Part shown: in pieces, positions 16,635 to 26,047 of the stretch
How positions within the stretch are numbered: position 1 is the first letter of the stretch
Layout of the letters: the number at the start of each line of letters is the position of its first letter
IMG/VR virus record: IMGVR_UViG_3300044477_000287
Coordinates: 1 to 52,965 of that record
Source of the DNA: a virus
Lineage: Duplodnaviria; Caudoviricetes
Length of the DNA stretch: 52,965 nucleotides
Strand: one strand, 5' to 3'
The notes under the pieces: generated by a model
Seen by the model: only the letters and a program-made list of their open reading frames with translations
What the model was told of the DNA's origin: nothing
The model's database searches: none
Position numbers and translations under genes: made by a program

Positions 16635-18062
16635 TTATTGGAATGATCCCATGATTGCCGAACCATTTGCGGCGGCTTCTGTTTCTGCTTGAAGCTTCAA
16701 TTTGCCTTGTTCTTCTTGCGCATCTTTGACCAATGGATTAAGGCTTGTGCCAGTCTCTTGCGACATAATGGGTTTGTCTCCTGTGGCTCGCATCAACACC
16801 TCCACAGTTTCCTTAATATCATTTGGAAGTACGGAGCCGAATGTCACTTCAATCCAATTGGCTTCAATCTGGGTTTTAAGTGATATATTGGTGATATTCT
16901 TGATTCCCGCAATCACCACGGCCACCATGCGCTGCACAGCCTTCTGCAAGTCTTCGCGGTCACTGGCTTTTAGCATGGCATCCATGAACATCAACTGCAT
17001 TGCTATTCCACTGATGCCCGACCCAAGCCCCTTCACAGAATCAAACGAAAGATCAGGCGTTGAACTCATCGAGAAGATGCCGCTCCACATGGTTTCAAGT
17101 TCTAATTTGATTGATTCAGGGGTTTGATCCCATGTGAGATAAGAGGCGTCGCCATGGGTAATCTTTCCATCAGCCGTTTTTTCGTTCGGGAAATTAACAG
17201 CCTTGCCAGTATCTTCTTTGCCCGGGAGTTTCTCTACTTTCCCAAACAGCTTCAAAAGTGGTTCCGCAAAATATGAGTTCGTGTCTGAAAGTCTCGAAAT
17301 ACGCATTTCGAAGTTGTCCATGAGTGTTACAATCTCCTCCCATTCCGGCTCATCTTGCTCTGCATACACAACAGGAATTTTACCAAACAAATTCGCAACC
17401 ACACCCGAACCACCTTCGCCCAATTGCTTTGGCACCCATCCAGAATCACCCTTTTGCATGTACATGATTTGCTCAGCGGTGTAGATATTGACACATTCAA
17501 TCTCTTTGCCTTCGATGTCCGCAGCTTTGTATTTCCACAGAAAGGCGTCCATATCCCCCAAGTCATCAAAATGTGGGTAGAAATCCCCTGCATCCTTATT
17601 CAATAGCTTAGTGCGAAGCTTTGATGTTTTATCATCACCCACAACAGGATAAAAGAGTAGAGCGGCCTTGGTTTCAACCATCACAGTGCGGGCAAAGTCT
17701 TTGATCACGCTTTGCATCTTGAGTTCTTCTTGCCACTTCTTTTTGAACTCCTTTAGTCCATCATCTTGCTGTGTGCCAGTCACTGACATTCCACCACCAA
17801 ACAGAAACGCCACAGCGGTGCGAACTATCTTTTTCGGAAAGTTGAACACCAATCGAGCCACGTTGACAACCTTCTTTTCGTCACCTTCGCCAATTGTTTT
17901 GTTTTCACGTTTGCCCACAGAGGTTATACGCCTGTCTCTGTCGCCTTTGAATTCGGCGATGTATTCCGATGTCTCACGCTCGGTATTGGTATCCTTAAAC
18001 TGATCAATGACTTTCTGAAAGTCAGTTGCATATTTTGCTTGAATGTCTTTGAATGATGGCAT
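16635..18062 (-). CDS. Portal protein (SPP1 gp6-like)
   Basis: FPKKIV..AFLFG, FGKIPVVY, TPD.SF..GISG.A motifs. Confidence 0.9.
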   Translation of the reverse strand: MPSFKDIQAKYATDFQKVIDQFKDTNTERETSEYIAEFKGDRDRRITSVGKRENKTIGEGDEKKVVNVARLVFNFPKKIVRTAVAFLFGGGMSVTGTQQDDGLKEFKKKWQEELKMQSVIKDFARTVMVETKAALLFYPVVGDDKTSKLRTKLLNKDAGDFYPHFDDLGDMDAFLWKYKAADIEGKEIECVNIYTAEQIMYMQKGDSGWVPKQLGEGGSGVVANLFGKIPVVYAEQDEPEWEEIVTLMDNFEMRISRLSDTNSYFAEPLLKLFGKVEKLPGKEDTGKAVNFPNEKTADGKITHGDASYLTWDQTPESIKLELETMWSGIFSMSSTPDLSFDSVKGLGSGISGIAMQLMFMDAMLKASDREDLQKAVQRMVAVVIAGIKNITNISLKTQIEANWIEVTFGSVLPNDIKETVEVLMRATGDKPIMSQETGTSLNPLVKDAQEEQGKLKLQAETEAAANGSAIMGSFQ

Positions 18063-18086
18063 GGCTTCACTTTTGCCATAAAATAT

Positions 18087-18119
18087 AAAAGCCCGCTATC
18101 CTTAAGGTTGCGGGCTTTT
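18087..18119. terminator. Bidirectional terminator-like hairpin
   Basis: AAAAGCCCGC...GCGGGCTTTT. Confidence 0.6.
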
Positions 18120-18135
18120 ATTCCATCAAGTATTG

Positions 18136-18654
18136 TTATTCCTTTTTCAGATAATTAGCGATGAACGCTCCGGCCTTGCGCATGAGTGAAGCCATTTCAC
18201 TCACATTCGTTACTTCATCGCTAAATTCGATATCCTGTAAATTACTCAGTGGGTCATTGGCCACATAACGCGCCTTGAATCGTGGCGGCTTGAGTCGGTA
18301 AATAAATAACTGCCCGTCCTCTTCTTTGATAACATGAACAGGCTCTTTTGCAACGAACGTCTCGATTAGTTCATCAACCGGACTGGCTTGTTGGTAGTCT
18401 TCGTAATCGTTGAACTCGAATGTAGTGCCATCCGTATCAATGATTTGATACACTTCTCCGGTCTGTTTTATGCGATACACAGAACTTGCCGTTCTGTTCT
18501 CTAATAGCTCGATGGTAGCCACTTCGAGTATTTTTAATCTAGCAACGATCTGTCTATTGGGCTGGATAGTAACATTTCCGAAATTTGCATGGAACCGGTC
18601 AACTATCTGCCGACCTGTGAGCATGTGCCACATGTGGCTGTGTATTTGTTTCAT
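18136..18654 (-). CDS. Hypothetical protein in the accessory operon
   Basis: 172 aa ORF downstream of the HTH gene. Confidence 0.7.
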   Translation of the reverse strand: MKQIHSHMWHMLTGRQIVDRFHANFGNVTIQPNRQIVARLKILEVATIELLENRTASSVYRIKQTGEVYQIIDTDGTTFEFNDYEDYQQASPVDELIETFVAKEPVHVIKEEDGQLFIYRLKPPRFKARYVANDPLSNLQDIEFSDEVTNVSEMASLMRKAGAFIANYLKKE

Positions 18655-18682
18655 GTTAGGGGATATAAAAGAGATATGTATC

Positions 18683-18985
18683 TTAAACTATTTGAGTGTT
18701 GTTTTTATATTCAGTTTTTGAACGCTGAAAAACGGCCTCTATGTCAATAGTTGCGTCAATGTCATCGAATCTCAAGGTGATGCCAATGGCGTGACTAACA
18801 GCCATGATAACACGCAGCTCAGGGCAATGCTTTAACGAAAACAATCGCGAGACATTTGATTTCATTAGTCCGGTTCGTTCGACAATATCATTGTTTGAAA
18901 TGCCTTTTTCTTTGGCCACATTTTTCAAAAATAAGACGATCAGCTTCCACTGATCGTCTTTTGGGGTTGGATTATTCTTCATCAT
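18683..18985 (-). CDS. XRE-family HTH transcriptional regulator
   Basis: KEKGISNNDIVERTGLMKSNVSRLFS..CPEL helix-turn-helix. Confidence 0.85.
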   Translation of the reverse strand: MMKNNPTPKDDQWKLIVLFLKNVAKEKGISNNDIVERTGLMKSNVSRLFSLKHCPELRVIMAVSHAIGITLRFDDIDATIDIEAVFQRSKTEYKNNTQIV

Positions 18986-19412
18986 TGTTTTCCTCTATTC
19001 TGTAATATCTGCTGTCGTATTCATAGCTTTCGTCACCGCTTTTGAATAATCGTCCGCCGTAGTTTGTCATGTCATAGTAGCCTTCGCCTTCGTACTTCAT
19101 GTAGTTTTTAACGGTATTGTCAGAGTAATATTTCCAACGTTTGGCGGTTTTCTCGAAGTAATCTTCAATAGTCATATTACAGGCTGTTGCCTGTTCTTCA
19201 ATCATGCCGAAGTAGCGGTTCATTAACCACTCGTTTTCACTTTCAATCAATACTGCGTTTTCGTAATCTTTGTTGAAAAACTGCTCCAGTTTGGCAGTGG
19301 CCTGCTCGTGGGTTAAATCGGTAGCGATTGTTACTTTTTGTTTTCCGTTGAAGTTGATGTCGCGTGCTGCGATGTAACCGTTAGTGTTACCTGTAATCTT
19401 GTAAGTTTTCAT
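18972..19412 (-). CDS. Hypothetical protein, Tyr-rich
   Basis: Likely start MKTYKI at 19412, behind its own promoter. Confidence 0.7.
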   Translation of the reverse strand: MKTYKITGNTNGYIAARDINFNGKQKVTIATDLTHEQATAKLEQFFNKDYENAVLIESENEWLMNRYFGMIEEQATACNMTIEDYFEKTAKRWKYYSDNTVKNYMKYEGEGYYDMTNYGGRLFKSGDESYEYDSRYYRIEENNDEE

Positions 19413-19458
19413 AATTCTAAGTTTATATTGGGAGTGTCTCTCCCTGTTTGTTATGATG

Positions 19459-19522
19459 TAAAGGTATATCATATTTGATAACTGCGCAAGCGTTTTGGTA
19501 TTTATTTTATCAAATTTGATAA
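19459..19522 (-). promoter_or_regulatory. Promoter with two TATCA-N4-TGATA operator palindromes
   Basis: CTTG...TACCTTTA (near TTTG/TAnnTTTG); palindromes at 19467-19480 and 19507-19522. Confidence 0.55.
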
Positions 19523-19528
19523 CTTTTT

Positions 19529-21163
19529 TTATACATACACCTCAACCCCTTGTTTCTTCGCTCTGAAATCACCCTTGAACTTCGATGCCAATTGAAATCC
19601 TTTGGCTTTGGCTGCTACCTGATTGAACTTAATCCATATTTGCTCATCCTTGAACTCACAGTGCATTGTCCCCTTTTTATAAACCCGCACCCGAAAGAAT
19701 CCCCAATCATACCACGTACCGAATTCTTTGTATCTCACAACAGCCTTTTTGTATCCGGTTGATAGCTTGTAGCGATAGTTTGGGTCTTCAATAAACTCAA
19801 AAACAGTGTGATTCTCGTGTTTTGTTCCGTCTCTGTCTTCCCATTTGTTCTTGTCTTCAAGGTAGCTATAACCTTCTTTTCTTTCATCGTCCGGTTTAAT
19901 AATCTCAAAACCCACATCTTCCCCGTGATACCCGAAAAACTCCTCAATCTTTTGCGTGTCTTCATACTTTGTTCCGGTAATCCAACACATTGCCTTCATT
20001 AGATCATTTAACCTGTTCCCTCTTTCCGAGTAGCTTATTTGTGGATGCCCTGTGTAGCCCATCTCAATACCGCAATAAGGGGCAATGAATTTCTTGTTAA
20101 CCACATATTCGGAGTTGGTTTTCCATCCCTCGTTATTGTAGCGGTTTTCGTGGTGGTGCTCAGTCAACCAATCAAATACCTCAATGATTACTTTATTCAT
20201 CCTGTCGCCATGTGTGCCAACAACCATCTGGATCATCTTGTAGATGTTGGAACACGTGAACGGAACGTTCTTTTGCTGCTCAACAAATTTGTTCAGAAAG
20301 CCTTTTAATGATGAAGTCATGTATTTATCGGCATTCAGCTTGTTGAATGCTGTTTGCCATGCTGATTTCTGTAATTCCAACCTGAACGACTCAAAATCTA
20401 TATTGTTCTTTTTGCTGTCAACGGCAACGAATGAGATGTGATGTTGAGATGTGATGATGGGTTTTATCAGGCTATTCATTTGCGACTGAGCCGATATCAC
20501 TGAATCGAATGTCTTAAGGGCACCCACATACCTATTTACAATCTCTCTGATTTCATCGTGCTTCATTACGCCATTGCCCTGCGCCTCTTCTTGCTCTTCG
20601 TCCATGTCAAAAAACTGATCATAGTTTTCTTCATTGACGATTGGCTTATTGAGCACAACAACGGCCACGCAAACATTTGTCTTTCTTTCGGCGGTGGCGA
20701 AAACATTCCCCAGTGTTTCCCAGTATCCATAGGTGTCGATAATGGTTCCGAGCTGTGAACGCCCCCTGTTGTATCGATTCGAAACCGTTTCTTCGTTTAG
20801 GATCACAACAACCTGGCAACCTTCGGGGGCTATTTCCCACATCTTAAGGGCGTGCTTGTCCCCATTGCTAAAAGGCGGGTTAGCGATGATGCACTGAATG
20901 TGTGATACATCTTCTTTGCTTACAGACAAGAAGTCCGCACCCAATACGGAATCAACCTTTTTTGAAGAGATGGAAAGTAGGTCTTCGGACAATTCGCAAC
21001 CAATGATTTTTGAAGGGGAATATTGACGAATGACGTCAACCAGATCACCTTTCCCCATGCTTGGTTCGAGCACTATCTTGTTGTGAATGTCAACTTTTGA
21101 GCACATGATATGTGCCACTTCTTCCGGTGTAGGGAAGAAGTCGGGATTGTTAAAAATACTCAT
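19529..21163 (-). CDS. SAM-dependent amino (N6A/N4C) DNA methyltransferase-like protein with a DUF4942-like C-terminus
   Basis: FFPTP, VLEPSMGKG (motif I), IANPPF (motif IV); C-terminal FFRVRVYKKGTMH. Confidence 0.8.
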   Translation of the reverse strand: MSIFNNPDFFPTPEEVAHIMCSKVDIHNKIVLEPSMGKGDLVDVIRQYSPSKIIGCELSEDLLSISSKKVDSVLGADFLSVSKEDVSHIQCIIANPPFSNGDKHALKMWEIAPEGCQVVVILNEETVSNRYNRGRSQLGTIIDTYGYWETLGNVFATAERKTNVCVAVVVLNKPIVNEENYDQFFDMDEEQEEAQGNGVMKHDEIREIVNRYVGALKTFDSVISAQSQMNSLIKPIITSQHHISFVAVDSKKNNIDFESFRLELQKSAWQTAFNKLNADKYMTSSLKGFLNKFVEQQKNVPFTCSNIYKMIQMVVGTHGDRMNKVIIEVFDWLTEHHHENRYNNEGWKTNSEYVVNKKFIAPYCGIEMGYTGHPQISYSERGNRLNDLMKAMCWITGTKYEDTQKIEEFFGYHGEDVGFEIIKPDDERKEGYSYLEDKNKWEDRDGTKHENHTVFEFIEDPNYRYKLSTGYKKAVVRYKEFGTWYDWGFFRVRVYKKGTMHCEFKDEQIWIKFNQVAAKAKGFQLASKFKGDFRAKKQGVEVYV

Positions 21164-21406
21164 GTTCTTTCGGTGTTTTGGTGTAAAATATATGTGTTAG
21201 AAATTTTGGCGTGTTCATTGTTTAGGTGTGTTTATTGTCAATGAACGCCAAGTGTGGTGGTGCACACTTTGGGTATAATCAAGGGAATAATATTCTTTTG
21301 AAATCTCTGAGAAATAGTCTGAATTTAACGTTCAATAAAAGCTTACTTCCGGTGAGTGTCTTAAAATAGATGAGCTGTCGTTCTTCAAGTGAGAGGTATG
21401 GTTTTT

Positions 21407-21805
21407 TCATGGCTTAACTATTTTGAGTTCTTCGCCTGTCATGGCAAAGTATAGGTTTTGGAGTTGGTGGACGTATGGGGTCTCAATTTTCTTCAATCTA
21501 TTGTCGAAATGATAAAGGGTCAATATTCCATCCATTAATTCAAATGTATATTCCGCTTTTTCGTCCCAAACTTCAAAATCAAATTTTAATCCAGTCCATC
21601 CACTCATATTTATTGCCCCAAACTTCAACAGCCATTCTTCGTTCAATGGGATTGGTTCTATTTCTTCAATGTCTATTTGATCTTCTCTGCTTCCGCTGTA
21701 ATTGTTGAAGATCATGTTAATGCAGAAATCGATAACATTTTCAACCTCAATGACACTACCATTGTGATAAACGAGATTCCCGATTCTTAATTCGTTTGGT
21801 TTCAT
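21407..21805 (-). CDS. YopX-like hypothetical phage protein
   Basis: ELRIGNLV..EPIPL.EEWLLKFG..YVHQLQNLYF pattern common in Bacteroidota phages. Confidence 0.65.
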   Translation of the reverse strand: MKPNELRIGNLVYHNGSVIEVENVIDFCINMIFNNYSGSREDQIDIEEIEPIPLNEEWLLKFGAINMSGWTGLKFDFEVWDEKAEYTFELMDGILTLYHFDNRLKKIETPYVHQLQNLYFAMTGEELKIVKP

Positions 21806-21845
21806 ATTTTCAACATTTAGTACGCATTAAAGATATTTGCATCTG

Positions 21846-22313
21846 TTATTTGTTGTTAAAACTCTTGAATAGATAATAGAATGCGGCTTTGTGCCACTTG
21901 GTCAATTCCCTGTCGTTGTTTGGGCTTAGAATGCGGCTTAGATTCTCTTTGCGTATGTCCAGCATCCGGGACAAATCCGCATCCGTTAAGCCTAATTCCG
22001 TTTTCTTTCTCTCGATGTAATCCAGGTCAACACTATCAAGATCACCTTTGAACGGCACGGACACAAAAGACATATCCCATTCACTCGGTACAATGCCGGC
22101 AAATACTTCCTTTGCTCTATCTATCAATTCATCCCTATTGAGGTATTTCTCAGAAGGATTCTCTTTTTGCTGAACCTTTATTTTAACCGAATTGTCGCTC
22201 ACGTCAAGCACCTCAAAATAGATGCGTGCAAAGCGCTTGTAATTCAATTCCGACGTGTCCAAAAGCTTCTTTTGATCTGTCGTTAAATGGATTAATTTTT
22301 CAATCCCTTTCAT
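21846..22313 (-). CDS. Protein with a C-terminal XRE-like HTH
   Basis: ELGLTDADLSRMLDIRKENLSRIL; likely start MKGIEK. Confidence 0.7.
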   Translation of the reverse strand: MKGIEKLIHLTTDQKKLLDTSELNYKRFARIYFEVLDVSDNSVKIKVQQKENPSEKYLNRDELIDRAKEVFAGIVPSEWDMSFVSVPFKGDLDSVDLDYIERKKTELGLTDADLSRMLDIRKENLSRILSPNNDRELTKWHKAAFYYLFKSFNNK

Positions 22314-22353
22314 ATATTGCTTTTTAAAAGGAGGGGGCGAACCCCCTCTCTGT

Positions 22354-22689
22354 TTACAATCTGATTTCTTTGAAGTTTGTGAGATCAAATATTGCTATTT
22401 GTTCGTTTAACTTCCCGAACTCAATCGCTTCATTTAGTTGGCTGTTTGGAAAGATTTTGACTGAATCAAAATAATACTTTCCACTCTCACCATCCATCCA
22501 ACCACCGATGAAACCTGCATGCTGTTGAGCATGTTCGATGCATCGTTTAAGACCTTCACTGTCGAAGCTGTTTTGAGTAGCTTTGTAAGCCACCACAATC
22601 CCTTCGCTAACATGTTTGAGCGTTTCAAGCTCAACTGTGAAACCGTCTTGGTTGGTTTCTGCGACCTTCATAATTTCAAAGACTTTCAT
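22354..22689 (-). CDS. Hypothetical protein
   Basis: GFT..IGGW.D....YYFD..EQIAIFDL pattern; first gene after the promoter. Confidence 0.75.
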   Translation of the reverse strand: MKVFEIMKVAETNQDGFTVELETLKHVSEGIVVAYKATQNSFDSEGLKRCIEHAQQHAGFIGGWMDGESGKYYFDSVKIFPNSQLNEAIEFGKLNEQIAIFDLTNFKEIRL

Positions 22690-22765
22690 AGCGTGTCCCG
22701 TTTTTAGGCTGGTGTTCCCCAGTGTTAAATTTGTTTTGCTATTGTTGTTCCGTTGATCAACACTT

Positions 22766-22796
22766 CAAAGATAACAAAAGTTATCCAATGAGCAAC
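22766..22796 (-). promoter_or_regulatory. Bacteroidota sigma-A promoter overlapped by a GATAAC-N4-GTTATC operator
   Basis: GTTG-19 nt-TATCTTTG; perfect inverted repeat at 22770-22785. Confidence 0.65.
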
Positions 22797-22921
22797 CTAT
22801 TTGATGAGTTTTTTTGTGTTTTTGAAATTATTTTTTTCTTTTGATTGATTGGTACATAACACTTTCGGATCATTTTGTCTTTTATGTCCACTGTATTTAA
22901 GCGACGTTAACTCAATGTTGT

Positions 22922-22929
22922 TACTTTTG
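22922..22929 (+). promoter_or_regulatory. -7 promoter element (TAnnTTTG) of the lipoprotein moron
   Basis: TACTTTTG 30 nt upstream of ATG 22959. Confidence 0.5.
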
Positions 22930-22958
22930 CTTTATTGTTTAATCAAAATCAAAAAACG

Positions 22959-23612
22959 ATGAAGAAATATTTTGGAATGATTGCTTTGGCACTGGCTTTA
23001 TTGTCATGTGGAAAAGATGATGATGCAACGGCTTTGAGCTTTGCATCTGAAAAAGTAGAGGTTGATTTTAATCAATCAGTTAAATTGGTGGTTAATGGCG
23101 GTGGGGCAGTGTCCTACACATCCGAAAACGAAGATATTGCCACGGTTGATGCAGCCGGTAAAGTGACGGGGCATTTGGTGGGCGAAACGGTCATCACTGC
23201 AAAGGCGGGTGATCAGTCAGCTACTTGCACGGTTGTTGTTAAGCCTACTTTGGCAACCTATGTGGAGCCATTCGTTAAGTATGCCTGCAAGCCATCCGAT
23301 ATCAAGGCAAAAGAAACTCGCACACTATCCTCTGAGACTGTTTCAGAAATCATTTACGCGGGCGAAAATACGAACGTTAAAACCGTCACTTACTCAATGG
23401 ACAGTGCAACCGGAATGCTTGGGGCTACGGTGGTGCTTAAATCATCAGCCGGATTTGATACGGTGAAATCATTCCTTACTGAGCGTTATCCTTTGACCAA
23501 TTCAGCGGGGGGGGCTTATGTTTTTGAAAACGATGATATGATGATCACCCTTGTGTCAAGCTTGAGCGCGGGAATTGTGGTGACTTATGAGCCGTTTCCG
23601 GTGGTTAAATAA
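22959..23612 (+). CDS. Lipoprotein with an Ig-like (Big_2) domain; moron
   Basis: MKKYF..LLSC lipobox followed by GKDDD; YTSENEDIATVDAAGKVTG..VGETVITA..SATCTVVV is a Big_2 pattern; antisense to the late operon. Confidence 0.85.
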   Translation: MKKYFGMIALALALLSCGKDDDATALSFASEKVEVDFNQSVKLVVNGGGAVSYTSENEDIATVDAAGKVTGHLVGETVITAKAGDQSATCTVVVKPTLATYVEPFVKYACKPSDIKAKETRTLSSETVSEIIYAGENTNVKTVTYSMDSATGMLGATVVLKSSAGFDTVKSFLTERYPLTNSAGGAYVFENDDMMITLVSSLSAGIVVTYEPFPVVK

Positions 23613-23665
23613 TAGCAGTGATTTGCGACAACAAAGTGTGATATCCACTGTGATACTCACAATAG

Positions 23666-23694
23666 AGTCAGGTTTCCCCAAACCTGACTTTTTT
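23666..23694 (+). terminator. Intrinsic terminator of the lipoprotein gene
   Basis: AGTCAGGTTT-CCCC-AAACCTGACT-TTTTT. Confidence 0.8.
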
Positions 23695-23695
23695 A

Positions 23696-25141
23696 TTAGT
23701 AGAATCCCAACGCTGATTTTGATTGTGGTTGATTGTTTTTCTTGCCGGTGAGTAGCCCCAAGTGTTCGATAAATTCGGCCAATATGGTCACGCCATCCGC
23801 TGCATCATCATGTTTGTTTCCTCCCTCTTTTTTGTAGCCGGTGAGAGCTTTGATGAAGCGGTCGTAATCACTTCCCCGCTCGTAATCCGAACGGAACCAG
23901 AAATACTTCTTCACAAAGCCCGACTTCATCAATATTCGGGTCTCTTTATTCGATGTGGTTGGCCTGCTGTCAACCTCGCAGGTGGATTGGCCTTTAATCA
24001 GCTTTTCAACATTCAAGGAGAATGACCGCCCGCCGTTGTTCGATTCGATCAATATCTTTTCAGTCCTGTTCTCGAGTATCATTTGCGCCACACGTGGCTC
24101 AGTGATCTCGATTGAATCCTTTGTGAATACCACATCTTTGATAAAGAAACGATCCTCAAAGAAATCAGCAAACGGGCTACAAAGATCATCATTCCCCTTG
24201 TCTGCTGTGTCGGTTGCTGCAATACGGGCGTCTGCTTGCTTGTCCTTGATTTCGTCAAGCGTGAACCATTTAAGTTCTGATTTGGGGAATAGTAATCCTT
24301 TCTTTTCGATAGGTTGCTGCATATATTCAGCCATCCATATAAACTCATCAATCTCTGATTCCAGTTCTCTGTAATATTCCGACGTGTGAACATCTTCACA
24401 AAAGGTTTCCCCGTTCTCATCCAGTGCCGGGATGCGGACAATGACATTGTATTTCCCCATCGCTTCCAATCGACCCAACACATCCGTTTCGCTCCACCTG
24501 GTGCCTATGTCGATCTTGCAACAATTACGCTCGACCCTTGAGTCGTGCGCGCCCTCTTTCCATGTCCATGTCTTATCGTTTACGTTTTCACTCATGGCAT
24601 CCTCGAAGTCTTTAAAGAGGTCATCTGTCATGGCTAACATGGACGCACCAAAACCGATAATTGTGCCACCAACACCGGCACCGAAGTAACTCACCTGTTT
24701 GGCCTGCTTCAATGACCAACCGCCAATGTTTTGCTGATCACGACTCAATTCAACATTAGGAAACACCATCCGGGTGCGATCTGATTTGATGATGTCGCGG
24801 GTGTCATAGCTGAATTTATCGTATAGGGTAGCCGTACAGGTGTTTCGCATCACACTCTCAGTCGGAAACTGGCATAGCATAAATGAGGCAAACAAAGAGG
24901 TGATGTAAGACTTTCCGGCACGTGGAGGGAGAGAGGCGGCTACATTCAAGGACAATCCTTTTGCGTAGGCATCATGTACTTGTTGAAAGGCATCTGCTAT
25001 AATCTTTAAAACGGGTCGTTTACTGAAAAACTCATAATCCATAAAAAGGCAATAAGCCCAGAAGTCACCTTTCTGAGCCTTTCGCCTTAATAGTTCCATG
25101 CGAGCGCGTGCCCGCTGAATGAGTTCTTCCCGTGCGGTCAT
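23696..25141 (-). CDS. terL: Terminase large subunit
   Basis: Walker A PPRAGKS, Walker B MTDD, GTRW, YMQQP, DTADKG, IESNNGG, HDDAAD nuclease motifs. Confidence 0.95.
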   Translation of the reverse strand: MTAREELIQRARARMELLRRKAQKGDFWAYCLFMDYEFFSKRPVLKIIADAFQQVHDAYAKGLSLNVAASLPPRAGKSYITSLFASFMLCQFPTESVMRNTCTATLYDKFSYDTRDIIKSDRTRMVFPNVELSRDQQNIGGWSLKQAKQVSYFGAGVGGTIIGFGASMLAMTDDLFKDFEDAMSENVNDKTWTWKEGAHDSRVERNCCKIDIGTRWSETDVLGRLEAMGKYNVIVRIPALDENGETFCEDVHTSEYYRELESEIDEFIWMAEYMQQPIEKKGLLFPKSELKWFTLDEIKDKQADARIAATDTADKGNDDLCSPFADFFEDRFFIKDVVFTKDSIEITEPRVAQMILENRTEKILIESNNGGRSFSLNVEKLIKGQSTCEVDSRPTTSNKETRILMKSGFVKKYFWFRSDYERGSDYDRFIKALTGYKKEGGNKHDDAADGVTILAEFIEHLGLLTGKKNNQPQSKSALGFY

Positions 25142-25644
25142 TATTTTCCCCCGTTCGCAATTCGTTCCAGTTCTTCTTCTGTTTTGTTCGCAAATTCGTC
25201 AACGATCTTCATGGTCGATTGTTTAGGCGCATCAATGCCAATGATGTCGCAACGCTTGCCAATACACCATTGTATCCCTGCAAGGAAACGAGGATCACCA
25301 TACACAACAACCTCTTTGGTTGTCTTCTCAAGGGCTTTGACACTTTCGTTAGTGCCCTTCGCTTTGGTGATCTTCTGCTGAAAGTCCTCTTTCGATTTCT
25401 CCCATGCCGTCCAATATTCCTGCTCTAAGTTGTCGATCTTAGCCAGCTCTTTCGCTTTGGCTTCGTTCATATCAACCATGGAAGACTGTTGCCACTGCTT
25501 TGACATGACTTTGAGGTCGGCACTTACCTGTTGCTGGGTAACACCCACCTGTTCGGCTATCTTATACTGTGCCAACCCTTTCAGGTATAGTTCAGCAATA
25601 CGATGACGCCGCTCTATTATGATATGCTTCTTGTTTACTGGCAT
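25141..25644 (-). CDS. terS: Terminase small subunit (HTH)
   Basis: N-terminal HTH (YLKG.AQYKIAEQVGVTQQQVS); coupled to terL. Confidence 0.75.
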   Translation of the reverse strand: MPVNKKHIIIERRHRIAELYLKGLAQYKIAEQVGVTQQQVSADLKVMSKQWQQSSMVDMNEAKAKELAKIDNLEQEYWTAWEKSKEDFQQKITKAKGTNESVKALEKTTKEVVVYGDPRFLAGIQWCIGKRCDIIGIDAPKQSTMKIVDEFANKTEEELERIANGGK

Positions 25645-25690
25645 TTACAAAGGCTCTTTAACAAAGGTTTATATTTTGGGGGCTTATCAT

Positions 25691-25939
25691 TTAATTACTA
25701 CAAGGCACTATCTTATCGGCAATTACGGTGCTTTTCACTCCATCAACCCATATCTCAACTTCGGTTCTGCTTTTCATATTGAAGCTATCACAACTGATCG
25801 TCCAACCATTCCAATCACTACTTTCAGCCCATATATTTACGTGATACCTTCTTTTTTGATGTTCTGGACTACAAGAATAAACAAGGGCTAAAACCATGCT
25901 CAAAAGCATTATTTTGAGGGTTGTTATTTTTCTTTTCAT
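25691..25939 (-). CDS. Small putative lipoprotein
   Basis: MKRK..hydrophobic..LVYSC lipobox. Confidence 0.5.
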   Translation of the reverse strand: MKRKITTLKIMLLSMVLALVYSCSPEHQKRRYHVNIWAESSDWNGWTISCDSFNMKSRTEVEIWVDGVKSTVIADKIVPCSN

Positions 25940-26047
25940 TTTTACCATCTTTTAACACTCTTAATTGTTATATGTAACTTTTATTCTTATATTGTCTTAT
26001 ATACCTTATATATTGTTATTATATAGAAGATACTTATAGGCGGGATT

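Noticed and set aside
25691-25939. o-spanin
   Set aside because: Has a lipobox but is not Pro-rich, has no adjacent i-spanin and is far from the lysis genes
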